This document shows, one piece after another, positions 44,763 through 54,302 of a DNA stretch of 64,000 bases. The notes beneath the pieces were generated by a model. The model worked only from the letters and a program-made list of their open reading frames with translations, had not been told where the DNA came from and did no database searches. How positions within the stretch are numbered: position 1 is the stretch's first letter; the number at the start of each line of letters is the position of its first letter. The stretch is from Alphaproteobacteria bacterium (GTDB lineage Bacteria > Pseudomonadota > Alphaproteobacteria > MPNO01), in NCBI GenBank assembly GCA_964291675.2, contig OZ219866.1, forward strand, positions 3,488,001-3,552,000, read 5' to 3'. Both the position numbers and the translations under genes were made by a program.

Positions 44763-45875
44763 TCAGCGCCGCGTGGTGTCCAGGCGCTTCTCGAGATTGA
44801 TCGAGTAGCGCGACATGCCGAAGCAGATCACGAAGAAGAACAGCGCCGCCAGCAGGAAGGTCTCGTAATCGACCTTGCCCAGCCAGTCCTGGTTGGTCTG
44901 CAGCAGCCGCGCCTGGCCGAGGATGTCGAACAGGCCGATGATGATGACCAGTGTGGTGTCCTTGAACAGGCCGATGAAGGTGTTGACGATGCCCGGGATG
45001 GAGATCTTCAGCGCCTGCGGCAGGACGATCAGGCGCATCGACTGCCAGTAGCCCAGACCCATCGCCTGGCCCGCCTCGTACTGCCCCTGGGGGATCGCCT
45101 GCAGCCCGCCGCGGATCACCTCCGCCATGTAGGCCGAGGCGAACAGGGTGATGATGACCATGACCCGGATGAGCTGGTCGAGCGAGACCTCGCGGGGCAG
45201 GAAGATCGGCAGCAGGATGATGGCGACGAAAAGCAGCGTGATCAGCGGCACGCCGCGGATGAACTCGATGAACGCGACCGAGAACATGCGCACGATCGGC
45301 ATGCGCGAGCGCCGCCCGAGCGCCAGCAGGACGCCGATGGGCAGCGACAGCACGATCCCGGTCAGCCCGGCGACCAGGTTGAGCACGAAGCCGCCGAACT
45401 GGTCGGTGCGCACGACCTGGAGGCCGAGCCCGCCGACCAGCAGGAACGCCGCGATCGCCGGGTAGGCGAGCGAGAACCAGCGGCCGTAGCGCGCATAGGG
45501 CAGGTCGGCGAACAGGAGATAGCCGACCGCCGGCACCAGCAGGATGACGGCGAGGTTCACCCGCCAATAGGCCTCCTCCGGGTAGAAGCCGTAGACGAAC
45601 TGGGCAATGCGCTGGTCGAGCCAGGCCCAGCACGCGCCCTCGTTGGTGCAGTCCTTGCCCGCCGAGCCCACATAGGTGGCTTCGAGGAACGTCCAGTCGA
45701 TCAGCGGCGGCAGGGCCAGCGCGAGCACGGCGAGCGCCGCCAGGGTGAGCGCCACGTTGAGCCAGGTGGAGAACAGGTTGGCCCGCACCCAGCCGATGGC
45801 GCCGACGCTGGTGATCGGCGCCGGCCGCTCCGCCAGCATCTCCGCCCGGCTGCGATGGAAGGCGCGCCCGCTCAT
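44763..45875 (-). CDS. aapM: General L-amino acid ABC transporter permease
   Basis: LALGRRS, FIRGVPLITLLF, AEVIRGGLQAIP. Confidence 0.9.
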   Translation of the reverse strand: MSGRAFHRSRAEMLAERPAPITSVGAIGWVRANLFSTWLNVALTLAALAVLALALPPLIDWTFLEATYVGSAGKDCTNEGACWAWLDQRIAQFVYGFYPEEAYWRVNLAVILLVPAVGYLLFADLPYARYGRWFSLAYPAIAAFLLVGGLGLQVVRTDQFGGFVLNLVAGLTGIVLSLPIGVLLALGRRSRMPIVRMFSVAFIEFIRGVPLITLLFVAIILLPIFLPREVSLDQLIRVMVIITLFASAYMAEVIRGGLQAIPQGQYEAGQAMGLGYWQSMRLIVLPQALKISIPGIVNTFIGLFKDTTLVIIIGLFDILGQARLLQTNQDWLGKVDYETFLLAALFFFVICFGMSRYSINLEKRLDTTRR

Positions 45876-47062
45876 CTCTCCACCAGGGCGATGCGCTTGT
45901 TGTACCAGTTCATGAAGGACGACGTGATCAGGCTCAGCGCCAGGTAGAACGCCATGTAGATCGAGATCACCTCGATCGCCTGGCCGCTCTGGTTGAGGGT
46001 GGTATCGCCGACCGAGACGATGTCCTGGTAGCCGATGGCGACGGCGAGCGAGGAGTTCTTGGTCAGGTTGAGATACTGGCTGGTCATCGGCGGAACGATC
46101 ACGCGCAGCGCCTGCGGCAGGACGATCTGGCGCATGATCAGGTTGCGCCTGAGCCCGAGCGCGCCGGCGGCCTCGGTCTGCCCCCTGGACACCGCGAGGA
46201 TCCCGCTGCGCACGATCTCGGAGATGAAGGCGCCGGTGTAGGTCGACAGCGCGAGCCACAGCGCCACCAGCTCCGGCGTGATGCTGACGCCGCCTTGCAG
46301 GTTGAACCGCCTCTTTACCGGCATGTCGAAATCGAGCGGCTGGCCGAGGGCGAAGAAGACGACGAGGGGAACGCCCAGCACCAGCCCGAGCCCGGACCAG
46401 CCGACCGGGAAGGTCTGGCCGGTGGCGTCCTGGCGCCGCTTGGCCCAGCGCCTGAGCGCGAACGCCGCAACGGCGCCCACCAGGACCATCGCCAGCACGA
46501 TCGCCGATCCGTCCTCCAGGATGGGCGAGGGCAGGCGCACGCCGCGGTTGTTGAAAAAGACTGTTTCGCCGATCGATATGCTGGCGCGCACCTTGGGCAG
46601 CGCCAGCATGATCAGCCACCAGAAGATGATCTGCAGCAGCACCGGGACGTTGCGGGTGAACTCGACCCAGACCGCGACGATCCGGCTCACCAGGAAATTG
46701 TTCGACAGCCGGAGCACGCCGGTCACGAAGCCGATGGTCGTGGCGAAGACGATGCCCATCACGGCGACCAGGATCGTGTTGAGCGCGCCGACGACCAGCG
46801 CCTGCCCGTAGGTCGAGGTGGACGCGTACTCGGTCAGCCGCTGGTTGATGTCGAAGTTGGCGGTGTCGAACAGAAAGCCGTAGCCGAAGGAGAGGCCGGC
46901 CTCCTCGTAGTTCGCGATGGTGTTGACGACGATGAAGGCGGCGAATGCCGCCAGGCCGAGAACCAGCGCGACCTGGAAGACGACGCCGCGGAAGCGCTCG
47001 TCGGTCCACAGGCGGCTCACGTCGAACCCGCCGGAGCCGACGGGCGGCGCTCTGTCGGTCAC
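45872..47062 (-). CDS. aapQ: General L-amino acid ABC transporter permease
   Basis: RNVPVLLQ, EIVRSGI, YLNLTKNSSLAVAIGY; GTG start inferred. Confidence 0.9.
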   Translation of the reverse strand: MTDRAPPVGSGGFDVSRLWTDERFRGVVFQVALVLGLAAFAAFIVVNTIANYEEAGLSFGYGFLFDTANFDINQRLTEYASTSTYGQALVVGALNTILVAVMGIVFATTIGFVTGVLRLSNNFLVSRIVAVWVEFTRNVPVLLQIIFWWLIMLALPKVRASISIGETVFFNNRGVRLPSPILEDGSAIVLAMVLVGAVAAFALRRWAKRRQDATGQTFPVGWSGLGLVLGVPLVVFFALGQPLDFDMPVKRRFNLQGGVSITPELVALWLALSTYTGAFISEIVRSGILAVSRGQTEAAGALGLRRNLIMRQIVLPQALRVIVPPMTSQYLNLTKNSSLAVAIGYQDIVSVGDTTLNQSGQAIEVISIYMAFYLALSLITSSFMNWYNKRIALVER

Positions 47063-47140
47063 GGCCGTCGCGCTCTCATCGGGTACCCGAACAAGCGCCG
47101 CCCCGCCCGGCAAAGCGGGCAGGGCGGTACGCGGTCAATT

Positions 47141-48169
47141 CTACCGGAACGGAGGCGAATACAGGATGCCGCCGTCCTTGTAGAGGGCGTTGAGCCCCCG
47201 TGCCAGACCGAGCGGGGTCTTGGGGCCGATATAGCGCTCGAACATCTCGGCGTAATTGCCTTCCGCGGCGATCGCGCGGAGCGCCCACTGCGCGTCGAGG
47301 CCGAGCATCTTGCCCATCGAGCCTTCCTTGCCGAGCATCCGGTTGATCTCCGGATTGTCGGTCCCCTCGGCCAGCTTCGCGGCGTTGGCCTGGGTCACCC
47401 CGAGCTCCTCGGCGCTGATCAGCGCGTTCAGCGTCCAGCGCGCGATGTCCGCCCACTGGTCGTCGCCCTGGCGCACCAGCGGCCCGAGCGGCTCCTTGGA
47501 GATGATCTCCGGGAACACCATGTGCTTGCCGGGGTCGGGGAAGGTCGCCTTGGTCGCCGCCAGGCCGGACGCGTCCGTGGTGTAGACGTCGCAGCGCTCG
47601 GCCTCGTAGGCCGCGCGGGCCTCGGCGTTGGTCTCGATCGGCACCGGCTCGTACTTGATCTTGTTGACCCGGAAGAAGTCCGCCAGGTTGAGCTCGGTGG
47701 TGGTGCCGGTCTGGATGCAGACCGAGGCGCCGTCGAGCTCCTTGGCGCTCTTCACGCCGAGCGCCGTGCGGCCGATGAAGCCCTGGCCGTCATAGTAGTT
47801 GACGCCGATGAAGGTGAAGCCGAGGTCGACGTCGCGCGACAGCGTCCAGGTGGTGTTGCGCGACAGCACGTCGATCTCGCCCGCCGCCAGCGCCGGGAAG
47901 CGGGTCTTGCCGGTCAGGTTGACGAAGGTGACCTTGTTGGCGTCGCCCAGAACGGCGGCGGCCAGCGCCCGGCAATAGGCGACGTCGAAGCCGGTCCACT
48001 TGCCCTTGTCGTCGGTATAGGCGAAGCCGGGCAGGCCGGTGTTGATGCCGCATTTGAGCGTTCCGGCAGCTTTCACGTCGTCGAGCGTCGCCGCCTGGCC
48101 GGGCGATGCGCCCATGGCCGCCAGCGCACCGGCAACCGCAACGGCGCCGGCAATTTGCTTAAGGGTCAT
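47141..48169 (-). CDS. aapJ: General L-amino acid ABC transporter substrate-binding protein
   Basis: RNTTWTLSRD, YYDGQGF, GTTTELN, ISKEPLGP. Confidence 0.93.
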   Translation of the reverse strand: MTLKQIAGAVAVAGALAAMGASPGQAATLDDVKAAGTLKCGINTGLPGFAYTDDKGKWTGFDVAYCRALAAAVLGDANKVTFVNLTGKTRFPALAAGEIDVLSRNTTWTLSRDVDLGFTFIGVNYYDGQGFIGRTALGVKSAKELDGASVCIQTGTTTELNLADFFRVNKIKYEPVPIETNAEARAAYEAERCDVYTTDASGLAATKATFPDPGKHMVFPEIISKEPLGPLVRQGDDQWADIARWTLNALISAEELGVTQANAAKLAEGTDNPEINRMLGKEGSMGKMLGLDAQWALRAIAAEGNYAEMFERYIGPKTPLGLARGLNALYKDGGILYSPPFR

Positions 48170-48418
48170 TCCTGTCCTCCAGTTCCAATATGTGGATGCC
48201 GTACATACCTTCCATTCGTGGTATGCGGCGCCACTGGCGCCAGCGATGGTCGTCGATCCGCCCAGCGCACGACGGCAGGTTACTGTAGGGCAGCAGGGCG
48301 GCGGGTAACAAGCGCCGCTTCGTTGCGGACCGCGCTTCGGGTCGACATTTCCGGCGGCCGGACGGCGCCGATGAAAGTCCTATAAGTTGGACCCGCAAGC
48401 GGAGGGGAGAAGGGTGCA

Positions 48419-49201
48419 ATGGAACCAATCAGGATCGCCTATCAGAGCTACACCGACGAGGCGCAGGCCGGCAGCTACTGGGACAATCTGCGGAAATATC
48501 TCGCGGGAATCGTCGACGAGGGCACCACCGTCGACATCTTGGGCATCACCCCGCCCGATTCCTACGCCCATGCGCTGTCCGAGTTCCGCTGCGCGCGCGA
48601 GGCGATCTGCAACGCGGTCAGGGCCGAGCGCGAGGGCTACGACGTCTTCGCCATGGGCCATTTCCAGGATGCCGGGCTGTACGAGGCGCGCGCCGTGGTC
48701 GACATCCCGGTGCTGTCGCTCGGCGAGGTCTCGATGCTGCATGCCTGCCAGCTCGGCCAGAAGATCGGCATCGTCACCATCAACCCGCGCTACATCTCCT
48801 GGTTCCACCACCAGATCGGCAAGTACGGGCTCCGGGAGCGGGTCACCGGCGTGCACGCGATGAGCTTCGAGCCGGGCGCGATCCTCGCCGGCTTCGACGA
48901 CCCGGCCCGGTTCGACGAGACGGTCGCGAGCTTCGCCGCGCAGGGGGCGCCGCTGGTCGAGGGCGGGATCGACGTGCTGATCCCGGGCGGCGGGATCGCC
49001 ATGCTGCTGTTCGCCAGGATCTTCGACCACAATATCGGCGGCGCGCCGGTCATCAACGGCATCCCGATCCTGGTCAAGGCGGCCGAGATGGCGGTCAAGC
49101 TGAAACGGCTGACCGGGCTGTCGGCGAGCCGCACCGGCGAGTTCGAGAAGCCGCCGCCCGAGGTGGTCGAGGAGTTCATGACCAACCCGAAGGGCCTCTG
49201 A
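48419..49201 (+). CDS. Asp/Glu/hydantoin racemase family protein
   Basis: AEREGYD...GHFQDAGLYEAR...DIPV...E pattern; His and Gly (GHF, PGGG) stand where catalytic Cys residues are usual. Confidence 0.7.
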   Translation: MEPIRIAYQSYTDEAQAGSYWDNLRKYLAGIVDEGTTVDILGITPPDSYAHALSEFRCAREAICNAVRAEREGYDVFAMGHFQDAGLYEARAVVDIPVLSLGEVSMLHACQLGQKIGIVTINPRYISWFHHQIGKYGLRERVTGVHAMSFEPGAILAGFDDPARFDETVASFAAQGAPLVEGGIDVLIPGGGIAMLLFARIFDHNIGGAPVINGIPILVKAAEMAVKLKRLTGLSASRTGEFEKPPPEVVEEFMTNPKGL

Positions 49202-49203
49202 GC

Positions 49204-50379
49204 ATGGCGGCCGGGCGCTTCGGCTACGACGGAATCGTCGTCGCGGCGCCGGTCACCGTGCCGTATGCGCGCTACTCGATCCGCAGCGCGCACTGGTTCT
49301 GCGGCCGGGCGCTGGCGGCGCTGATCCGCGAGGCCGGCCTGGACAAGGCCGAGATCGACGGGTTCTGCGTCTCCAGCTTCACCCTCTACCCCGACTCGGC
49401 GGTCGGGCTGATGCAGCATCTCGGCGTCTCGCCGCGCTGGCTCGACCACATCCCGATGGGCGGCGCGTCGGGCGCGGTGGCGCTGCGCCGGGCGGCGCGG
49501 GCGGTGCAGGCGGGCGATGCCGGGATCGTCGCCCTGATCGGCGCCGACACTAACCACGTGGACTCGTTCCGCCGCACCGTGGCGACCTTCAGCCAGTTCG
49601 CCAACGACGCGGTCTACCCCTACGGCGCCGGCGGCCCCAATGCGAGCTTCGCCTTCCTCACCGACCACTACATGAAGGAATTCGGCGCGAGGCGGGAGGA
49701 TTTCGGCCTGCTCTGCATCGCCCAGCGCGACAACGCGCTCCCCGTCGCGCACGCCATGATGAAGCGCCCGCTCACCATGGAGCAGTATCTCGACGCCCGG
49801 CCGATCGCGCTCCCGCTCCGCCTGTTCGACTGCGTCATGCCGTGCGCCGGCGCCGAGGCCTGCCTGGTGACGACCGAGGACCGGGCGCGCTCGCTCGGCC
49901 TGCCCTACGCCTCGGTGCTGGCGACCATCGAGCGCCACAACGCCTTCCCCGACGACCCGATCCAGTATCGCGGCGGCTGGGCGGTCGATGCGCCCGAGCT
50001 CTACGACCAGGCCGGGCTCGGCCCCGCCGACATCGACCTCGTCCAGGCCTATGACGACTACCCGGTGATCTGCTTCATGCAGATCGAGGATCTCGGCTTC
50101 TGCGCCAAGGGCGAGGCGCCCCGATTCGTCCGCCAACGCGATCTGAGGGCGGGCGGCGACTTCCCGTTCAACACCTCGGGCGGCCAGCTCTCTTGCGGGC
50201 AGGCGGGCGCCGGCGGCGGCTTCGTCGGCCTGGTCGAGACGCTGCGCCAGCTCACCGGGCAAACCCACGGCCACGAGGTCGATGGCGCGCGGCACGGGCT
50301 GGTATCCTGTTTCGGGATGATCAACTACGACCGCGGCCTCTGCACCTCGGCGGCGATCTTGGGGCGGGGCGACCGATGA
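49204..50379 (+). CDS. SCP2/Ltp2-type thiolase-fold protein
   Basis: PMGGASG, FDCVMP, YDDYP, NTSGGQLS. Confidence 0.85.
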   Translation: MAAGRFGYDGIVVAAPVTVPYARYSIRSAHWFCGRALAALIREAGLDKAEIDGFCVSSFTLYPDSAVGLMQHLGVSPRWLDHIPMGGASGAVALRRAARAVQAGDAGIVALIGADTNHVDSFRRTVATFSQFANDAVYPYGAGGPNASFAFLTDHYMKEFGARREDFGLLCIAQRDNALPVAHAMMKRPLTMEQYLDARPIALPLRLFDCVMPCAGAEACLVTTEDRARSLGLPYASVLATIERHNAFPDDPIQYRGGWAVDAPELYDQAGLGPADIDLVQAYDDYPVICFMQIEDLGFCAKGEAPRFVRQRDLRAGGDFPFNTSGGQLSCGQAGAGGGFVGLVETLRQLTGQTHGHEVDGARHGLVSCFGMINYDRGLCTSAAILGRGDR

Positions 50380-51617
50380 CGACCAGGCTGCCGCCGCCCG
50401 CCCGCAAGGACCCGACGCGGCGCACCCGGCTGCCGACGCGCCCGCCGGGCAACCGCTCGCGCGAGGCGCACGGGCTGACCGCGATGGCCGCCGCCGGGCG
50501 CTTCGCGCTCCAGACCTGCGCCGATTGCGGCACCGTGCAGTACCCGCCGCGCCAGATCTGCGGGCGCTGCCTCGGCGACGCGCTGGAATGGCGCGACGTG
50601 GCGCGCGGCGGAAGGCTGCTGGCCGAGACCGTGCTCGCCCATTCCAACGACCTGTTCTTCCGTGACCGCCTGCCCTGGCGGCTCGGCGTCGTCCGGGCCG
50701 ATGCCGGGCCGTCGCTGGTCGCCCACCTCGCCGAGGACTGCGTGGCGGGCGAGCGCGTCCGCCTCGCCCTCGCCATCGACCGGGCCGGCAACGCCGCGGT
50801 CACGGCAAGCCCCGAGACCCCCACCCCCAACCCGGAGGACGACCGGCAATTGCGCGAGATGGCATTCGAACCCAGGGACCGCCGCGTGCTGATCGTCGAC
50901 GGCAAGACCGGGCTGGGCGCGGCGCTGGCGCGGGTCTTCGCCGATGCCGGGGCGCGCGCGGTCTATGTCGGCCACGCCCAGCCCTGGCGGCAGAGCGAGC
51001 ACCTCGAGGCGGCGCGCGGTATCGAGCGCGCGCGCCTGTTCCCGCTCGACGTGACCGACACCGAATCGGTCGCCGAGCTCGCCGCCACGATCGGCGACAA
51101 GGTCGAGATCCTGGTCAACAACGCCTACCACCTGCGCATGGGCGGCGCGGTCGGCCGCATGGACCTCAACACCGCGCATGACGAGATGGAGATCCACTAT
51201 CACGGCCTGCTGCGCCTCGCCGGGCATTTCGGACCGGCGATGCGGGGGAGGGGGGCCGACGGGGCGCATGGCGCGGCGGCCTGGGTCAACGTGCTCTCCG
51301 CCTATGCGCTGGTCAACAACCCGTCGCTCGGCACCTATTCGGCGTCGCAGGCGGCGGCGCTCTCGCTGTCCGCGTGCCTGCGCGCCGAGCTCGCCGAGGG
51401 CGGGGTGCGGGTGGTCAACGCCTTTTTGGGCCCGATCGAGGACGAGTGGCACCAGCTCGCCCCGCCGCCCAAGCTCGACCCGGCGGGGGTGGCGCGGCGC
51501 GTCGTCGCCGGGCTCCGGGCGGGCGTCGAGGACCTGGCGATCGGCGCGGTCGCGGAAGAGATCCTCGCGCGCCGGGCGGCGAACCCGAAAGAGATCGAGC
51601 GGGCGATAACGTTGTGA
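50376..51617 (+). CDS. DUF35 (Zn-ribbon/OB-fold)-SDR fusion protein
   Basis: CADCG..QYPPRQICGRC at the N-terminus; GKTGLG, VNNA, YSASQ in the SDR half. Confidence 0.8.
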   Translation: MTTRLPPPARKDPTRRTRLPTRPPGNRSREAHGLTAMAAAGRFALQTCADCGTVQYPPRQICGRCLGDALEWRDVARGGRLLAETVLAHSNDLFFRDRLPWRLGVVRADAGPSLVAHLAEDCVAGERVRLALAIDRAGNAAVTASPETPTPNPEDDRQLREMAFEPRDRRVLIVDGKTGLGAALARVFADAGARAVYVGHAQPWRQSEHLEAARGIERARLFPLDVTDTESVAELAATIGDKVEILVNNAYHLRMGGAVGRMDLNTAHDEMEIHYHGLLRLAGHFGPAMRGRGADGAHGAAAWVNVLSAYALVNNPSLGTYSASQAAALSLSACLRAELAEGGVRVVNAFLGPIEDEWHQLAPPPKLDPAGVARRVVAGLRAGVEDLAIGAVAEEILARRAANPKEIERAITL

Positions 51618-51628
51618 CGGCCCCCTTC

Positions 51629-51710
51629 GTCTTGGCCGGACTTGTTCCGGCCGACCGCTCGATCCCACGGCGAGCGCCCGTGGCTGCCCGGAACGAGTCC
51701 GGCCATGACG
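51629..51710. repeat. Family A REP-like inverted pair inside an operon
   Basis: GTCTTGGCCGGACTTGTTCCGGCC and GGAACGAGTCCGGCCATGACG. Confidence 0.7.
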
Positions 51711-51772
51711 AGGGGGGCGGGGCAGGGAGCGCGCGGGGCGAAGCGACGGTGGGCGAAGCGGGGATGGCTGGA

Positions 51773-52567
51773 ATGGAAACAACCAACGAAACCGGGCTGC
51801 TCGCGGGGCTGCTCGCCGGCATCGCCGGCGGCGGCATCCGGGTGGTCGACCTCACCATGACGCTCGACCGCCGGACGCCGACCATCGTGCTGCCGCCCGA
51901 GATGGGCCAGTCCTGGCCGTTCCGCATGGAGGAGATCTCGCGCTACGACCGAAGGGGGCCTGCGACCTACTGGAACAATTTCTCCTGCGGCGAGCACACC
52001 GGCACCCATTTCGACGCGCCGATCCACTGGATCTCGGGCAAGGACCTGGCCGACAACGCGACCGACACCATCCCGCCGGCGCTGTTCGTGGCGCATGCCT
52101 GCGTCGTCGACTGCTCGGCGGCGGCGGCGGCCGACCCCGACTACCTGCTGACGACCGACCGCGTCGAGGCGTGGGAGGCGGAGCACGGAACGATCCCGCC
52201 GCGCTCCTGGGTGCTGATGCGGACCGACTGGTCGCTCAGGAGCGATCCGGTAAAATATCTCAACATGGACGAGACCGGCTCGCACACCCCCGGCCCCGAT
52301 GTCGACCTGGTGGCCTGGCTGATCGCCGAGCGCGACGTGGTGGGGTTCGGCTGCGAGGCGGTGGGCACCGACGCCGGCCAGGCGCAGCACTTCGCCGTGC
52401 CCTACCCCTGCCACCACATGATGCACGGCAACGGGCGCTTCGGCCTGCCGGCGCTCACCAATCTCGACAAGCTGCCGCCGACGGGGTCGGTGGTGATCGC
52501 CGCGCCGCTAAAAATCCGCCGGGGCTCGGGGAGCCCGGTGCGCGCGCTGGCGCTGGTCGAATCGTGA
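51773..52567 (+). CDS. Cyclase family (isatin hydrolase/KynB-like) hydrolase
   Basis: YWNNFSCGEHTGTHFDAPIHW, GSGSPVRALA. Confidence 0.87.
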   Translation: METTNETGLLAGLLAGIAGGGIRVVDLTMTLDRRTPTIVLPPEMGQSWPFRMEEISRYDRRGPATYWNNFSCGEHTGTHFDAPIHWISGKDLADNATDTIPPALFVAHACVVDCSAAAAADPDYLLTTDRVEAWEAEHGTIPPRSWVLMRTDWSLRSDPVKYLNMDETGSHTPGPDVDLVAWLIAERDVVGFGCEAVGTDAGQAQHFAVPYPCHHMMHGNGRFGLPALTNLDKLPPTGSVVIAAPLKIRRGSGSPVRALALVES

Positions 52568-54090
52568 GCGACTACGCCCCGCCGCCCGAGGTGGCGCAGG
52601 CCGCCTGTGCCACCGTCGGGCGGCTGTTCGCCGCGACCGCGCGGCTGTTCCCCGCGCGCACCGCGCTGGTCGAGGGCGGGCGCGGCCTGACCTATGCCGA
52701 GCTCGACGCCAGGACGAACCGGCTCGCCAACGTTCTGCTCGGGCGCGGCGTCGGGCGCGGCGACCGGGTGGCGCTGATGGCGCGCAACGCGATCTTCTAT
52801 CTCGAGGTCGAGCTCGCCTGCGCCCGCATCGGCGCCATCTGCGTCGGGCTCAACTGGCGCTTTACCGCCGAGGAGACCGCGCACGGGCTGACCCTCACGG
52901 ACCCCGCGCTCACCGTCGCCTCGGCCGACTACGCGGCGACGGTCGCGGCGGCGGGCTTCCCGGCCGACCTGGTGCCGGGCGAGAGCCTGGAGGCGGCGAT
53001 GGCGGGCGCGTCCGAGCGCGATCCCGGCTGCCATGTCGAGCCCGAGGACGGCATGGTCATCGTCTTCACCAGCGGCACCACCGGGCACCCCAAGGGCGCG
53101 CTGATCTCCCACCGGGCGATGATCGCGCGCACCCTGATCTACGCCGCCGAGCTGGCCGTGCCGGCGGACGACACGTTCGTCGCCTGGACGCCGCTGTTCC
53201 ACATGGGGGCGAACGACTTCGCCTTCGCGACGCTCCTGCGCGGCGGCCGGGTCGCGGTGATGGACGGCTACCGCCCGCGCGAGCTGATCCGCGCCATCGA
53301 GACCTGGCCGGTGCACTACCTCGCCGCCGTCCCCGGCATGGTCGAGGATTTCATCGCCCATCTCAAGGCGTCCAGCCGCGACTTCAGGCCCATCGGCATG
53401 GTGGGCGCGATGGCGGATCTCGTGCCGCGCCAGCAGCTCAGGGAGATCACCGGGCTGTTGGGCGCGCCCTGGCTCAACACCTTCGGCTCGACCGAGACCG
53501 GGATCCCGCCGGCGACCGCGAACTTCGTCCCCATAGGCAGCGCGCCCGAGCGCCTGCCCAAGGCGCAGAACCGGTTCTGCGAGATCCGCCTGGTCGACGA
53601 AGACGGCAACGACGTGGCGGACGGCGAGCCCGGCGAGCTCGCGATCCGCGGGCCCAGCCTGTTCTCCGGCTACTGGGGCAACGACGAAGCCAACCGCGAG
53701 GCGTTCCGCGGCGGCTGGTTCCACATGGGCGATGCGTTCCGCCGCAACCCCGACGGCACGCTCGATTTCGTCGACCGGGTGAAATACATGATCAAGTCGG
53801 GCGGCGAGAACATTTATCCCGCCGAGATCGAGCGCCACATCCTGGCCGACCCCCGCATCTCCGACGCCGCGGTGGTCAGGAAGCCGGACGCGCGCTGGGG
53901 CGAGGTCCCGGTGGTGTTCGCCGCCCGCACCGACGAGACGATGACGGCGGACGACGTGATCGCCGCCTGCCGCGGCCGCATCGCCAATTACAAGCTGCCC
54001 AAGGAGGTGCATTTCGTGGCCATGGACGATCTGCCGCGCAGCACGTCCGGCAAGATCCAGCGCCACGTGCTGGAGGCGCGGCTGGGGTAG
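52564..54090 (+). CDS. AMP-binding acyl-CoA synthetase
   Basis: FTSGTTGHPKG, FGSTE, HMGD, KSGGENIYP, SGKIQR. Confidence 0.9.
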   Translation: MSDYAPPPEVAQAACATVGRLFAATARLFPARTALVEGGRGLTYAELDARTNRLANVLLGRGVGRGDRVALMARNAIFYLEVELACARIGAICVGLNWRFTAEETAHGLTLTDPALTVASADYAATVAAAGFPADLVPGESLEAAMAGASERDPGCHVEPEDGMVIVFTSGTTGHPKGALISHRAMIARTLIYAAELAVPADDTFVAWTPLFHMGANDFAFATLLRGGRVAVMDGYRPRELIRAIETWPVHYLAAVPGMVEDFIAHLKASSRDFRPIGMVGAMADLVPRQQLREITGLLGAPWLNTFGSTETGIPPATANFVPIGSAPERLPKAQNRFCEIRLVDEDGNDVADGEPGELAIRGPSLFSGYWGNDEANREAFRGGWFHMGDAFRRNPDGTLDFVDRVKYMIKSGGENIYPAEIERHILADPRISDAAVVRKPDARWGEVPVVFAARTDETMTADDVIAACRGRIANYKLPKEVHFVAMDDLPRSTSGKIQRHVLEARLG

Positions 54091-54099
54091 GGGCCCGCC

Positions 54100-54298
54100 C
54101 GTCCTTCGATACGCCGCTGACGCGGCTACTCAGGATGAGGGGTGGACGTGGGGCGGCCCCGCTCGCCCTCCCTCATCCTGAGGGGTGGGTGCGGGGCGGC
54201 GCCCATCGCCCTCCTTCATCCTGAGGGGTGGGTGCGGGGCGGCGCCGATCTCCCTCCCCTCATCCTGAGTAGCCGCGTCAGCGGCGTATCGAAGGACG
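54100..54298. repeat. Family B REP-like element: perfect 43-bp inverted pair enclosing two partial direct copies
   Basis: 54100-54142 is the exact reverse complement of 54256-54298 (CCCCTCATCCTGAGTAGCCGCGTCAGCGGCGTATCGAAGGACG). Confidence 0.85.
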
Positions 54299-54302
54299 CC
54301 CC

